From the IMG/VR virus record IMGVR_UViG_3300029993_000005, positions 124,001-188,000 of that record: a stretch of 64,000 nucleotides of DNA; one strand, 5' to 3'. The notes under the pieces were generated by a model that saw only the letters and a list, made by a program, of their open reading frames with translations, searched no databases and was not told the DNA's origin. Shown here in pieces: positions 53,751 to 63,605 of the stretch. Both the position numbers and the translations under genes were made by a program. Numbering within the stretch: position 1 is the stretch's first letter; the number at the start of each line of letters is the position of its first letter.

Positions 53751-54487
53751 AAACTATGACTATACTTGGAGCATTCGGAGTTGTTCATCTATCACCATTA
53801 GAGGTGGTTCAGGCCCTAACCGAATTAAGAACCTCATATACGTTGGTCAGCCGTGAACGTAATTTGAAGGTCCATACTTCAGATGGACTATGCGAGGCAC
53901 AACCGGCATGGCCTATTGTCATTGACTCATTAAAGGCTCTCAATAAAGTCAGAGGTGTTCCTCATGATCGGCATGTCTACCTGATAGTTGATAGCAGGGC
54001 TGCACTTTCACATACCAACGTTGATAAAACGCTGTGGCCCGAATCAGGGACTCAAGCTGAGTTCAGGACTAATCTTAAAAAAGCGTTGAGATTAGCGGCT
54101 AAGTCTACATATGAATGGCGGCTAGTCAACAGTGAACCCTCGATTACGGAGTATGTGAATTCAGCGACGAAGCCCTCATTCTTGAACTTCATTCAGACAG
54201 AGCTATACAAGATCACGAACTATCAATTGCGTAAAGAGGTACAGGGGCTAACCATTGCCTATTTGGCGGGGGCACTGCCTATCTCTGTACTGAGGCGTCG
54301 TATCAAGAGCAGTCATAAATTAACTGCTCTTGGGACCTATGTTCTTTCTGACAAGGCCAAACAGTTGAAGGACGCAATAGCTATGCTGAAGACCACGTCT
54401 ATGGAACAGGTAGTCAAATCCACGGGTTTCCAGCAGTTTGAACTAATGTATGTGACAACCAGTCACGCTAAGTCCAGTTTGAAATAG
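53747..54487 (+). CDS. Hypothetical protein
   Basis: 246-aa ORF in replication cluster. Confidence 0.55.
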   Translation: MKTMTILGAFGVVHLSPLEVVQALTELRTSYTLVSRERNLKVHTSDGLCEAQPAWPIVIDSLKALNKVRGVPHDRHVYLIVDSRAALSHTNVDKTLWPESGTQAEFRTNLKKALRLAAKSTYEWRLVNSEPSITEYVNSATKPSFLNFIQTELYKITNYQLRKEVQGLTIAYLAGALPISVLRRRIKSSHKLTALGTYVLSDKAKQLKDAIAMLKTTSMEQVVKSTGFQQFELMYVTTSHAKSSLK

Positions 54488-54534
54488 ACAATTTTATAAA
54501 GTAAGTCGACAATTCAATCTGGAGTTATAAAAGC

Positions 54535-54909
54535 ATGACTTCCTATATCCGGCTGTACTTGGTTCCCACACAACCGACAGCTACTCAGCAAGTGATAGAC
54601 GTAGATTCAACCCTATTGGTCTTGTCCCAAGGTCAGTTTTTACCTGTTCAAAGTGCACCTACTTTGACTCTAGTAGGGACACCTACCAGTTCTAGTTTTG
54701 ATCCGTTCACCAGTGCGCAACTAGCTTTAACAATTAGTACGGAGCAGACTCAAGAAATAAAAGTATGTTGGCGAGAACCTGTAGGCACCGATCAGTTTCC
54801 TAATGAAGATGTGATCACAGAAGTTGACCCGAGTGGTGGAACCTGTGTTTGCGGCATAACCTGCAACGGCACTGACTTGGCCTATGTTATGGTCCAAAAC
54901 GTAGCCTAA
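54535..54909 (+). CDS. Hypothetical, virion-protein-like composition
   Basis: Thr/Val/Pro-rich 124-aa ORF. Confidence 0.5.
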   Translation: MTSYIRLYLVPTQPTATQQVIDVDSTLLVLSQGQFLPVQSAPTLTLVGTPTSSSFDPFTSAQLALTISTEQTQEIKVCWREPVGTDQFPNEDVITEVDPSGGTCVCGITCNGTDLAYVMVQNVA

Positions 54910-54927
54910 ATTTAAAAGGATTTTCAA

Positions 54928-55770
54928 ATGTCGAGTAATCAATATGGGCTTCCCTTGGCTAAGCCTATTACCCAGTCAATACTTCCCATCGTTATGCCTG
55001 ATGGTCGGCTTTACGGGTTTTATCCAATTAGCGAGCACACATTCACAGGTACTGAAACTTCATTTGCACTAAGTCAAGGCTCGGTTCCTATCACCACTGT
55101 AACGTTGGCACCAAAAGTTTATACCAATGTTTATGATGAACAGCGTGTTGAACAATACATGGCAGCTCAATGGCCGTCCAATACTGAAGGTGTGTTCCCT
55201 TGGCGCGGTTACGAAGAACTGGTAACCGTTGACCAGCCACAGAATATTGGGACTTATAGCTGGTGGTCAATGCCTGTCAATCACATCATGAAGCACTTCG
55301 GGCGCGGTATCCTGTGGAACGCCTTAATGTTCAACATGAATCAAACACCGTTTGTGCCTACACCTCCGGAGCCGCCTGTCGTGACTACACCCCAAGTTCT
55401 CCAATGGGCGACGTCCCTTAATCAACAGGCTTTTAGTCAAGACTGTGCGTTTATCGACTTTAACTGGGTGAATCTGTTTCAAGCCGTGATTGTGAGCGAT
55501 CCAAGCCAAGAAGGTAACGGCGTGGTGCCCATGTCTATCTCGACGGTTAGCAACCCCACTGGCGGCTATTTTAAGGCCTCTGTGGTGACCGGGGCGACCG
55601 TAGGTCAAACTATTTATCCGGGTGGTGGCGCGGTCTTTAATACCGTGCGTATTTTGCGCCTTCAAGATCCACCGGCTGGCACCTACACGTTCAACTTCAA
55701 CATCACGTACACGTTGAACGGCAGCAACACAATGAACGTGCCAGCAGTCTTGACCTTAACTGTTGTGTAA
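54928..55770 (+). CDS. Hypothetical with Ig-like C-terminus
   Basis: PPEPP linker then PAGTYTFNFNITY...LTLTVV. Confidence 0.5.
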   Translation: MSSNQYGLPLAKPITQSILPIVMPDGRLYGFYPISEHTFTGTETSFALSQGSVPITTVTLAPKVYTNVYDEQRVEQYMAAQWPSNTEGVFPWRGYEELVTVDQPQNIGTYSWWSMPVNHIMKHFGRGILWNALMFNMNQTPFVPTPPEPPVVTTPQVLQWATSLNQQAFSQDCAFIDFNWVNLFQAVIVSDPSQEGNGVVPMSISTVSNPTGGYFKASVVTGATVGQTIYPGGGAVFNTVRILRLQDPPAGTYTFNFNITYTLNGSNTMNVPAVLTLTVV

Positions 55771-55812
55771 CTAGTAAATAGACTATAACGAAAACAACAA
55801 AGCCCCTTCCCG

Positions 55813-56883
55813 ATGAACGCAACTATAGATTCAGATCTGATTCAAGAAGCACTGAGGGTAGCTCTACGTTTGAGTCCTCCAAGCTCAGGTAACGTAACCC
55901 TAAATTCGGATGGCACCAAACTATTTCTAATCTCTAGTGCTGAACTCAGCCGGTGCCGAGTTCTAGTTCCATGCGTCCTTGAGGGTGAAGCCTTATTCGC
56001 GATTCCAACAGCCGCGATTCAAGCTTCGGTCAAGGGCCGCAAGGAACTGTCAATTGTCTACGACAAGACTGTGCTCAATATAAAAAGTGGGCGATACAAA
56101 GCACAGTTGGCAACCGTAGACGCCATTCAAATGGACGAGGGTGACGAGAAAGCAGCCGACATTAAGACGTGGGTCATTACAGCGGAACAGCTTGAATGGT
56201 TAAGAACTGCTGTTGCTGCTGTAGCATTAAAGCCAACGGCTAATGTCACGGCATTCATGCCGGTCTCCATCAAGTTGGGCCCCAAATATGCGTTTGTTGC
56301 GTGCTACGATGAACAACACATGGCATTTGCTTTTGATCGATCAATGAAAGGTGACTTGGAAGTTACTATTCCATTGGATACGTTGACCGCTGTCTTAGAC
56401 ACATTCAAGAACCTAAGTTGTAAACTGCAGGTCACGCCATCGGCCCTCCACGTTCGAAATAAATTGGTTAGCGTCCAACTAGCACTTCCGTCTATGGAAG
56501 ATCAGAAGATCAACGGGTCTGATGTATTAGAGAAGTCAAAAGAAGTACTCAAGGTTGATGGACAGTCCATTATATTCGTCAAGAAAGACGTTTTGATATT
56601 CTTGGATAATGCCAGAGCCGTTGCAGAAAAAAGTCGAATGGAACTTAAGGTTAGTACCGAAGTTGGAAAACTAGGACTATCCGTTACAACAGGTCAGGGG
56701 CGCGCACAGGCTACGATCAAGGCTAACACAAAGGCAGAAACCAGTTTCAAAGTAGACTTTGAATTCTTCGAGGAAGCGGTCCGCAAGTGCACGGATGATA
56801 TCCAGATGAAGGTAGTAGGTTCAGACTTTCTTTCGTTTGTGGGCAAGAACGCTACCATCCTTGTAGCCTTAAACGAGGACTAA
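55813..56883 (+). CDS. Sliding clamp, DNA Pol III beta-like
   Basis: 356 aa with three-fold alpha/beta repeat character and near a DnaX-like gene; weak motif evidence. Confidence 0.6.
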   Translation: MNATIDSDLIQEALRVALRLSPPSSGNVTLNSDGTKLFLISSAELSRCRVLVPCVLEGEALFAIPTAAIQASVKGRKELSIVYDKTVLNIKSGRYKAQLATVDAIQMDEGDEKAADIKTWVITAEQLEWLRTAVAAVALKPTANVTAFMPVSIKLGPKYAFVACYDEQHMAFAFDRSMKGDLEVTIPLDTLTAVLDTFKNLSCKLQVTPSALHVRNKLVSVQLALPSMEDQKINGSDVLEKSKEVLKVDGQSIIFVKKDVLIFLDNARAVAEKSRMELKVSTEVGKLGLSVTTGQGRAQATIKANTKAETSFKVDFEFFEEAVRKCTDDIQMKVVGSDFLSFVGKNATILVALNED

Positions 56884-56888
56884 TTGAC

Positions 56889-57302
56889 ATGGCGCGAACT
56901 AAAGTTAAGGACGAAGAACCGACAGTCCCCATCAAGATGTTGCTGGATGTTGAGCCTGGGCTTTTCTACGAAGTTGGGGATGCCCATCTAACGTTCTTCA
57001 GAGAAGAGAAGGCAACTACATTTTGGTTGGGTCCTAAAATTCCATTAGCCTGTATGTTCGAGGCCCATTGGATTGTTCTGGACGGTGAACGAGTGGGTTT
57101 GCACTTTGTTACCCAGTTCCAGGTAACCAATGGTGGAGGCTATCTTTTAGGATACCTGAATAAAGGACGAGGAAAGGCCTCCAAAGTAGAAGTGCTCTTG
57201 AAGTCTAAGAACATCGTCATCTACTCGTTTCCCAATAGAGGGGCGCTAATTATTGCCTGCAAGATTGGGCCTGATGTACTTACAATCTTCGAAGAGCAGT
57301 AA
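56889..57302 (+). CDS. Hypothetical protein
   Basis: 137-aa ORF. Confidence 0.55.
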   Translation: MARTKVKDEEPTVPIKMLLDVEPGLFYEVGDAHLTFFREEKATTFWLGPKIPLACMFEAHWIVLDGERVGLHFVTQFQVTNGGGYLLGYLNKGRGKASKVEVLLKSKNIVIYSFPNRGALIIACKIGPDVLTIFEEQ

Positions 57303-57321
57303 TTCTAAACTGGAATTAATA

Positions 57322-57870
57322 ATGGCTAAGACCGAAGAATTCGATCTGCAAGACTTACTAGCTGAAATTCGTAACGATCCAAGTTTTACCAAGTTCAAGC
57401 GTGTGGTCAGAATTACAGGCACGCGCCTGAACCTAGAAAAAGATAGAGAAGAAGCACTAGCTAGTCATGCAGCACGGACCAGCAGAACATTACACGGTTC
57501 AAAACGATATTCCCCAAAAGACTTGATTGATGCAACGCTTACTGATGGACGGACACGTAGTCGATTAGTAGAAATCAGGGTGAAGGCCTCAAATCATATT
57601 GAGCTTTTAGAAGATGCCTGTGATGCAATCAAACATCATTTGTTCACCGAGTACCACGAACAGTTAAAAGCGTTTTCTACTGTTGATCAACGATCAGCTC
57701 TAGTCAAAAGAGTCCAACGAGTAGCCCTAAACATGGTGGCTGAAGGTCGGACCCTGCTCGATCTATTGGACCAGATCATCAAGGACATCGACCAGAACGG
57801 ACATAGCTTACGTAATTCTATGGAGCTTTTAAAGTTGCTCGACGGGGCTAAGAGTGGAGTCGTTATATGA
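57322..57870 (+). CDS. Helical hypothetical protein (UvsY-like position)
   Basis: Coiled-coil composition; function inferred from context only. Confidence 0.45.
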   Translation: MAKTEEFDLQDLLAEIRNDPSFTKFKRVVRITGTRLNLEKDREEALASHAARTSRTLHGSKRYSPKDLIDATLTDGRTRSRLVEIRVKASNHIELLEDACDAIKHHLFTEYHEQLKAFSTVDQRSALVKRVQRVALNMVAEGRTLLDLLDQIIKDIDQNGHSLRNSMELLKLLDGAKSGVVI

Positions 57871-58343
57871 CAACAGAAACGATAAGAGTTCCTGATCTAC
57901 GAAACTTCTTCAATGACATGGGGTATCTAGGAATTAGTCAGGAAGTTTCTAGTTTGTGGACCTATTATGAACGGGCAGTAAACGACGTAACTTATCAAGA
58001 ATTGCGATTGGTGGGTAACTCTGTAATTATCCAACAGGCGTCCGATCAATTTGGACTATCCGTTCTAGCCTTACAAACAAATGAGTTACGAGTCTACGAG
58101 CATGCAGCATTTATGCTGGCTCAGGCCCTACCCTATTTCGTGCGTGGCTCCTCTGTTCTGCACCTTCATTTTCTAGGCACCGGTTACCAAGCATTTATAG
58201 GATTGGACCTGAGTCTATTAGGCCTGCAAGCAGAATTGATAAAGTTGGAAGGATCGTTAGAACTAGTAAATAGACATGGAGTACCCTACGACAAAGAAAT
58301 ATCCAAAGTCACAGGTGCTCTAGTTAAGGTAAAAGGAAAATAA
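57867..58343 (+). CDS. Hypothetical protein
   Basis: 158-aa ORF, ATGA overlap. Confidence 0.55.
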   Translation: MTTETIRVPDLRNFFNDMGYLGISQEVSSLWTYYERAVNDVTYQELRLVGNSVIIQQASDQFGLSVLALQTNELRVYEHAAFMLAQALPYFVRGSSVLHLHFLGTGYQAFIGLDLSLLGLQAELIKLEGSLELVNRHGVPYDKEISKVTGALVKVKGK

Positions 58344-58344
58344 A

Positions 58345-58839
58345 ATGAACAATAATTATTTGGTAGCTACAGCACCTTCATTGTCATCAGCTACGGTTGA
58401 TGCCTCGGGATCTCGCCATTTCGTTTTGATAGACCTGGGTGAGTTAGGTCCCTGGTCCCTTGCTTCTTTAGCTGTCAATCAAAAATTGAATATCCGGACC
58501 TTGTCACTAAACCCTAAATACGACTATTCAACTGATATTTCCGCAGACGAAGGTTCAGCTATCGTTAAATTTCTCGTGTCTATGGTTGCTCAATTCGGTA
58601 AAGCCCCGTTGATTATTACCGGCAGTCCGGCCGTGACCCTAGCCTTGGCACTAACTGTGCAGTATGCAACAAACAACCCAGACTTGAAGAACCTGAACAT
58701 CGTATTAACGGCCGAAGTCGATCCTCAGTCCCAGTCAAATGTGGCGGTCAACCGTGTATCCTTGAGTAATAGTGAAATATCTGGAATATCTGCTTTGGGG
58801 TCGCCCACGAGTTTAAATCTAGCTTTCACCAGCGTTTGA
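58345..58839 (+). CDS. Hypothetical protein
   Basis: 164-aa ORF. Confidence 0.55.
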   Translation: MNNNYLVATAPSLSSATVDASGSRHFVLIDLGELGPWSLASLAVNQKLNIRTLSLNPKYDYSTDISADEGSAIVKFLVSMVAQFGKAPLIITGSPAVTLALALTVQYATNNPDLKNLNIVLTAEVDPQSQSNVAVNRVSLSNSEISGISALGSPTSLNLAFTSV

Positions 58840-58845
58840 TGTGAT

Positions 58846-60381
58846 ATGACAGGCACTATCACCATCCATGCACGAGAGGCATTCTTCATCAAGAAACAGG
58901 ATATTAGTCCTAAAATAAGATCAACGTTGATCGACAAATATCGTCACATGTTTTATGAGGTTAAAGCCTGCAAAAAATGCGAGTTCTATGAAGAAAGATT
59001 GGCTGACGAGAAACAGCATCTTGAGGTCTGTGACAATTGTGCAGCTTTCAAGGGTGGCGCGGAACTGGCAACAGAAGTTAAGGTAGGTAAGAATTCGTAT
59101 ATCCGAACACCTCTGGGCAATCCTGGGCCTTTAAAATCGGTGCTGGACCATCAAGAAATTAAGTACAAGTTCAAGTCCCATTTTCCGGATAAAAAGTTTA
59201 GTACCCCTATTAAGTTCACTGGGACTTTGAGAGACTATCAACCAGAGGCCGTTGAGGCCATGGTTAAAAAGAAGCGAGGCGTAGTAAAATCCAGGGCGCG
59301 TACAGGGAAGACGGTAATGAGTTGTGCCGCCATTTGTAGAATTGGCAAAAAAACAATTATCATGGCGTCTCAACGTGAATGGCTTTTAGGTTTTCAAGAA
59401 ACATTCATCGGGTCAAAAACACAGAAAGCCTTAACTGACTGCAACCCCGATAAGATAGGTTTTGCACGCAAGATCGAGGACTTCAAAAAATACGACGTTT
59501 GTTTGGTAACGGTTCAGACTTTCTACAGTGAAGGTGGACAGCGCTTGCTAAGAAAGATTCGTGACATGTTTTCAGTTTTAGTCTGTGACGAGGTACACAC
59601 AGCAGCTGCCTCCAAATATGCCTCAGTTATTTCCAAACTTAATTGTGGCTGGAAGATAGGTCTTTCTGCGACACCCTCAAGGAAAGATTTTAAATTTTCG
59701 TTGGTACGTGATTTGATGGGGCCAAATATCGCCGACCTTAAGGTTGCGCGGTTAAGGCCCCATGTTCGTTTGATACGTACCGAATATGTGAAGAAAGGGA
59801 AGGGACAACAATTGTGGCCTTATATTGTTGGATCCTTAGAAAAAGATCCGAAACGTTTAAAGCTTATTGCCAAATGGGCCTTGCAGGACGTCAAGAACGG
59901 GCACATGGTACTCATACCTTTTGCCCAAGTAGCGCCCATTAAAGCCCTCGTAGCGGCTATCAACACGATGGCTGGTAAGACCGTGGCCTACCCATTCTAT
60001 GGGGGCCTTAAAAAGGCGGATAGGGATAAGTACATTGAAGGTGCGCGTCGGTACACTCACAAAATATTGGTGGGTAACATCAAACTCCTGTCCACCGGTA
60101 CCAACATTCCCAGGGCCAGTTGTTTGTATGAGTCTACACTTTCTAGTAATATGGAAAATGCTGAACAGCGGGTGTCTCGTATTCTCACACCTATGGACGG
60201 CAAGATCACACCTATTCTCCGTATCTTTTTGGATGATGCTCATGTTAGACGTGCGTGCTTAAGGACCGAATGGTTTGGGTGTATCAAGCCCATGTTCAAG
60301 CCCGTCATTTCAGAAAAAGACACAGAAATCCTGAAGGCTTATTTTGCTGACAAAGACCGGGTCCCCAAGGTGGAATGGTAG
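58846..60381 (+). CDS. Superfamily 2 DNA helicase (UvsW-like)
   Basis: LRDYQ, RARTGKT, LVCDEVH, GLSATPSRKD, STGTNIP, EQRVSRIL. Confidence 0.9.
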   Translation: MTGTITIHAREAFFIKKQDISPKIRSTLIDKYRHMFYEVKACKKCEFYEERLADEKQHLEVCDNCAAFKGGAELATEVKVGKNSYIRTPLGNPGPLKSVLDHQEIKYKFKSHFPDKKFSTPIKFTGTLRDYQPEAVEAMVKKKRGVVKSRARTGKTVMSCAAICRIGKKTIIMASQREWLLGFQETFIGSKTQKALTDCNPDKIGFARKIEDFKKYDVCLVTVQTFYSEGGQRLLRKIRDMFSVLVCDEVHTAAASKYASVISKLNCGWKIGLSATPSRKDFKFSLVRDLMGPNIADLKVARLRPHVRLIRTEYVKKGKGQQLWPYIVGSLEKDPKRLKLIAKWALQDVKNGHMVLIPFAQVAPIKALVAAINTMAGKTVAYPFYGGLKKADRDKYIEGARRYTHKILVGNIKLLSTGTNIPRASCLYESTLSSNMENAEQRVSRILTPMDGKITPILRIFLDDAHVRRACLRTEWFGCIKPMFKPVISEKDTEILKAYFADKDRVPKVEW

Positions 60382-60425
60382 CTTACGGCTAGTAAATAAG
60401 TATAGAACTATCAACGAGACGAACT

Positions 60426-60587
60426 ATGTTTTTTACAACTGTCCAATCGCCTATTACGTACAACCCAACTGAGGCCTCCCTATCTTTGTTAAAAGGCCTT
60501 CATCTTCTGTACCCACATATGATGAATGAAGATCAAACTATGTTCTACGCACCTAATGGACATAGTTTGGAGGTGAGGCTTCAATGA
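60426..60587 (+). CDS. Small hypothetical protein (53 aa, not in ORF track)
   Basis: ATG 60426; TGA overlaps the ATG of the next gene. Confidence 0.4.
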   Translation: MFFTTVQSPITYNPTEASLSLLKGLHLLYPHMMNEDQTMFYAPNGHSLEVRLQ

Positions 60588-61369
60588 ACGAGATCAATGG
60601 TGGTTCGTCCAGGGCTAAGGTCCCCTATGCTAGGGGCTCTACTTACACTAGGTCCGGGTCTAAGTCAGGGTCTCCCGTCTATGATCCTAAAGACGAGGCC
60701 TCGGTAGAAGACCTTCAGAGTATCAATAAAAAAATAGTTAAAAAACAAGAATTAGCTAAATCAGAATCCAAATCTAGTAGTACTCGTATTATGGTGAAAC
60801 AAGGAATAGCTATCAAACAGGTGGTGCCTTCATCTGTCTGGCGCTGTGCTCCATTTAAATGGGACCCCTTACCTTTTTCTGTAGAGAATGAAAAACTTAA
60901 TGACAGAATTATTGAGGCCGAGGTCCAGAACCAAGGCTTATCCATGTTTCTGGACGATGTAAGAATTCCCATTGTTTATGGTGTGTCAGGCAACCCCGAT
61001 GACGTACAGGCCCGTTATTTCGCGGCCTTCCTAGTCGACGCTCATCTACAGGCCCTAGGATCAAAAGCAAATGTAGTGTGGCATACCTTGTACGGTGGAT
61101 TTGACAATCCGTTACTCAAGTCCCACACGGATAACGATTTAATAGAAAAACCCTCATTATTGGTTCTCACCAATTTGAGCCCCGCTAGTACAGGGGTGAA
61201 ACTGGATAAGGCTAAAGATCTGCTGGAGAAGTTTCAAGACATTCCACGTATAGTGGTCATGGCCGGTGAAGACCCTTTGTCATTCCTGTCCTGCAGACTA
61301 TACAGTGAAGTAAATGCTTTAGCCTATTTCTGTCAAAGCTTGGTCAAACGAAAAATGGATATTATATGA
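60584..61369 (+). CDS. DnaC/IstB-like helicase loader, degenerate P-loop
   Basis: YGVSGNPDDVQARYFAA at the Walker A position, LLVLTNL at Walker B, IPRIVV; upstream of DnaB-like gene. Confidence 0.45.
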   Translation: MNEINGGSSRAKVPYARGSTYTRSGSKSGSPVYDPKDEASVEDLQSINKKIVKKQELAKSESKSSSTRIMVKQGIAIKQVVPSSVWRCAPFKWDPLPFSVENEKLNDRIIEAEVQNQGLSMFLDDVRIPIVYGVSGNPDDVQARYFAAFLVDAHLQALGSKANVVWHTLYGGFDNPLLKSHTDNDLIEKPSLLVLTNLSPASTGVKLDKAKDLLEKFQDIPRIVVMAGEDPLSFLSCRLYSEVNALAYFCQSLVKRKMDII

Positions 61370-61710
61370 AGGACCCTCAAGTTGTTATTCAGTTATCAAC
61401 GTTTTCGTTAGCTAAGACTTGGAGACCAGGAGTCCGTAAGTCAAAACCTATTGCTACTCTGACCGGCGTTATTCATAACGGTGGCGGGTTTAACTGCAAA
61501 TTCAGTTTCAACTTTGGACATAGATCACAATTGGTGTTTGAGGACGCTCGTATATTTGATGGTTCCGAGCCTAAGACACTAGCTTTGTTAGTAAAGAATC
61601 GATTACTGGATTGGGCAAAGGCAACTGATTCCATACCTGAAGAACTAAGATCCGAGCTGGTTCAAAGCATATTGAAACATGATCAAGGTCAAGGTCACGG
61701 CTCGTCATGA
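61366..61710 (+). CDS. Hypothetical protein
   Basis: 114-aa ORF, ATGA overlaps. Confidence 0.5.
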   Translation: MKDPQVVIQLSTFSLAKTWRPGVRKSKPIATLTGVIHNGGGFNCKFSFNFGHRSQLVFEDARIFDGSEPKTLALLVKNRLLDWAKATDSIPEELRSELVQSILKHDQGQGHGSS

Positions 61711-61913
61711 AATGGTCAACCAATGAAAAAGTTGATAAAACGTTGCAGGACTATGCTCAAAGAGTTATTGATACTGAGGACGACAAAGAAAGATTTGCTG
61801 TAGCCCTAGGTTATATTGGTGCGGCCTGTACTTTGTACAGAGGAGAGCCATTGTTGAATAATTATATTTGTATATTAGCCCAATTAGCTTTATTTCCATT
61901 GGACATTAAATGA
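61707..61913 (+). CDS. Hypothetical protein
   Basis: 68-aa ORF, overlapping start/stop. Confidence 0.5.
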   Translation: MKWSTNEKVDKTLQDYAQRVIDTEDDKERFAVALGYIGAACTLYRGEPLLNNYICILAQLALFPLDIK

Positions 61914-62236
61914 ACAGCGATTACACCAAGTTAGTTAAAGATTTGCGGCTCCTGTATTTCACTACGGTAGTGCAAGAGCTAAATGATGAACAAACCCGTC
62001 GTTCACTAAGAATCCTGTTTCTAGAACACTGCTACTCAAGTCCCGGAATAACTAGCGCCCAAATACAATGTGATAAATCCAATAACCCACCGTCCGTTGT
62101 TGAGGCTAAGGACTTGGCGATTCGAGTTAAAGTTCAATGGTCTGCTGGTGATCAGACAATGATTTATATGTCGGTATATAAAGTCAGCGTGTTCCACAAT
62201 TTAAAAGAAGTACCAAATGGGTTGAATCCAGAATGA
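61910..62236 (+). CDS. Hypothetical protein
   Basis: 108-aa ORF; IQCDKSNNPP motif. Confidence 0.5.
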   Translation: MNSDYTKLVKDLRLLYFTTVVQELNDEQTRRSLRILFLEHCYSSPGITSAQIQCDKSNNPPSVVEAKDLAIRVKVQWSAGDQTMIYMSVYKVSVFHNLKEVPNGLNPE

Positions 62237-62358
62237 GAAGTAAGTTAAGGCGCAAATGCGCTATCTGTTGGTGGCTAGTCCTAGTATTTGTGGTTGTCCC
62301 AATATCGACTTATTTATATGTAGCAGCGGTCTTAACCGAGGGTTCTCAATATGAATAG
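62233..62358 (+). CDS. Small membrane protein (41 aa, not in ORF track)
   Basis: ATGA overlap; basic N-terminus then WWLVLVFVVVPISTYLYV. Confidence 0.4.
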   Translation: MRSKLRRKCAICWWLVLVFVVVPISTYLYVAAVLTEGSQYE

Positions 62359-62524
62359 TCGACAACGTAGGGTTAACCGCCGAGCTGATCTAAGAAAACC
62401 TTATTGCTTTGTTCTTGAGCCAGAACACGATTTCTATGAAAGACTAGTGGCTGACTATATTGAACCCGACGAACCTATAGCTAAGGACAGACCGCTATTA
62501 AAAGGCGAGTTAGGAACGATCTAG
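62351..62524 (+). CDS. Small hypothetical protein (57 aa, not in ORF track)
   Basis: MNSRQRRVNRR... open to TAG 62522-62524. Confidence 0.4.
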   Translation: MNSRQRRVNRRADLRKPYCFVLEPEHDFYERLVADYIEPDEPIAKDRPLLKGELGTI

Positions 62525-62568
62525 GTTATCAGGTTATCTATTAAACTAAATAAATATAGGTTTCAGCT

Positions 62569-63438
62569 ATGATTTATATGGGAAGTAAAGCGAGTTTCGG
62601 CAAAGAAATAATGAGGACTATGCTGTCCAGCAGACCAGATGCTACAGTTTATGTAGAGCCATTTGCCGGTGGTATGAACATGATGAAATATGCTCCACCA
62701 ACAATGAAAAGAATCGGGAATGACATTAATGAATTCCTGATTGCCATGTGGAGAGCATTGGATAAGGGCTGGACCCCACCTAAGTTCGTTAGTCGTGCAC
62801 TCTAAGTAGAGTGCAAAGCTAATCACTATGCACGGTCAGCGGCCCTAACCAGCTACATTGGGTTTGGTTGTACTTTTGGTAGTGCATGGTTTAGTAGTTA
62901 TTTAGACAAAGGTAAATTCAAAGACGGTAGTGTACGTAACTATCAAGCTGAGGCCTTAAAAAGTATACTCAAACAACTTCCGGCCCTAACGGATGTTGAG
63001 TTCTTAAACAAAAGTTACTCGGATTTGGAAATACCTGACGGTGCTTTAGTATATTGTGATCCCCCCTATGAAGGAACTGCAGGTTATAAAGATGCATTTG
63101 ACAACTCCAAGTTCTGGACCTGGGTTAGAAAACTTTCATTAAGATGTACTGTCTTTGTCTCTGAATATAAGGCTCCACCAGATTTTAATTGTGTTTGGAG
63201 TAAAAATAGAAAAGTGACTCTGCATAATGCTTCTAACAAAATATCCAAACAAAGAGTAGAAAAACTATTTGTCTGGAGCGGAGCATCAATCAGAAAAGAG
63301 GAGAATGCTATTTTGATTCTGTGGACTGAACCCTTAGTTGAGACTAAAGCTTTCTTAATTGAGCCTAAGTCCGATAAGCAACGTCAGAAACTTTTATCTT
63401 TGAATAATCGATTCGTCAATGACTCAAATCTAGATTAA
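62569..63438 (+). pseudogene. Dam-like (D12 class) DNA adenine methyltransferase interrupted by in-frame TAA at 62803-62805
   Basis: YMGSKA...YVEPFAGG...GNDIN and YCDPPY in the same frame; continuous open frame between them apart from one TAA. Confidence 0.85.
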
Positions 63439-63605
63439 AAGCATCTGGTCTACCAGTTGAATGAAAGAGTTCAAGATCAAGATCCAACACTGAATAAATA
63501 CAGGGTTGATTATCCCTTGGCTTTAAACCAACCATTAACTGTTGTCCATTGTGGAATTATTGACTAGCAGTAAATAAGAGTAGAGCAACATAAAAGGATT
63601 AAGGT

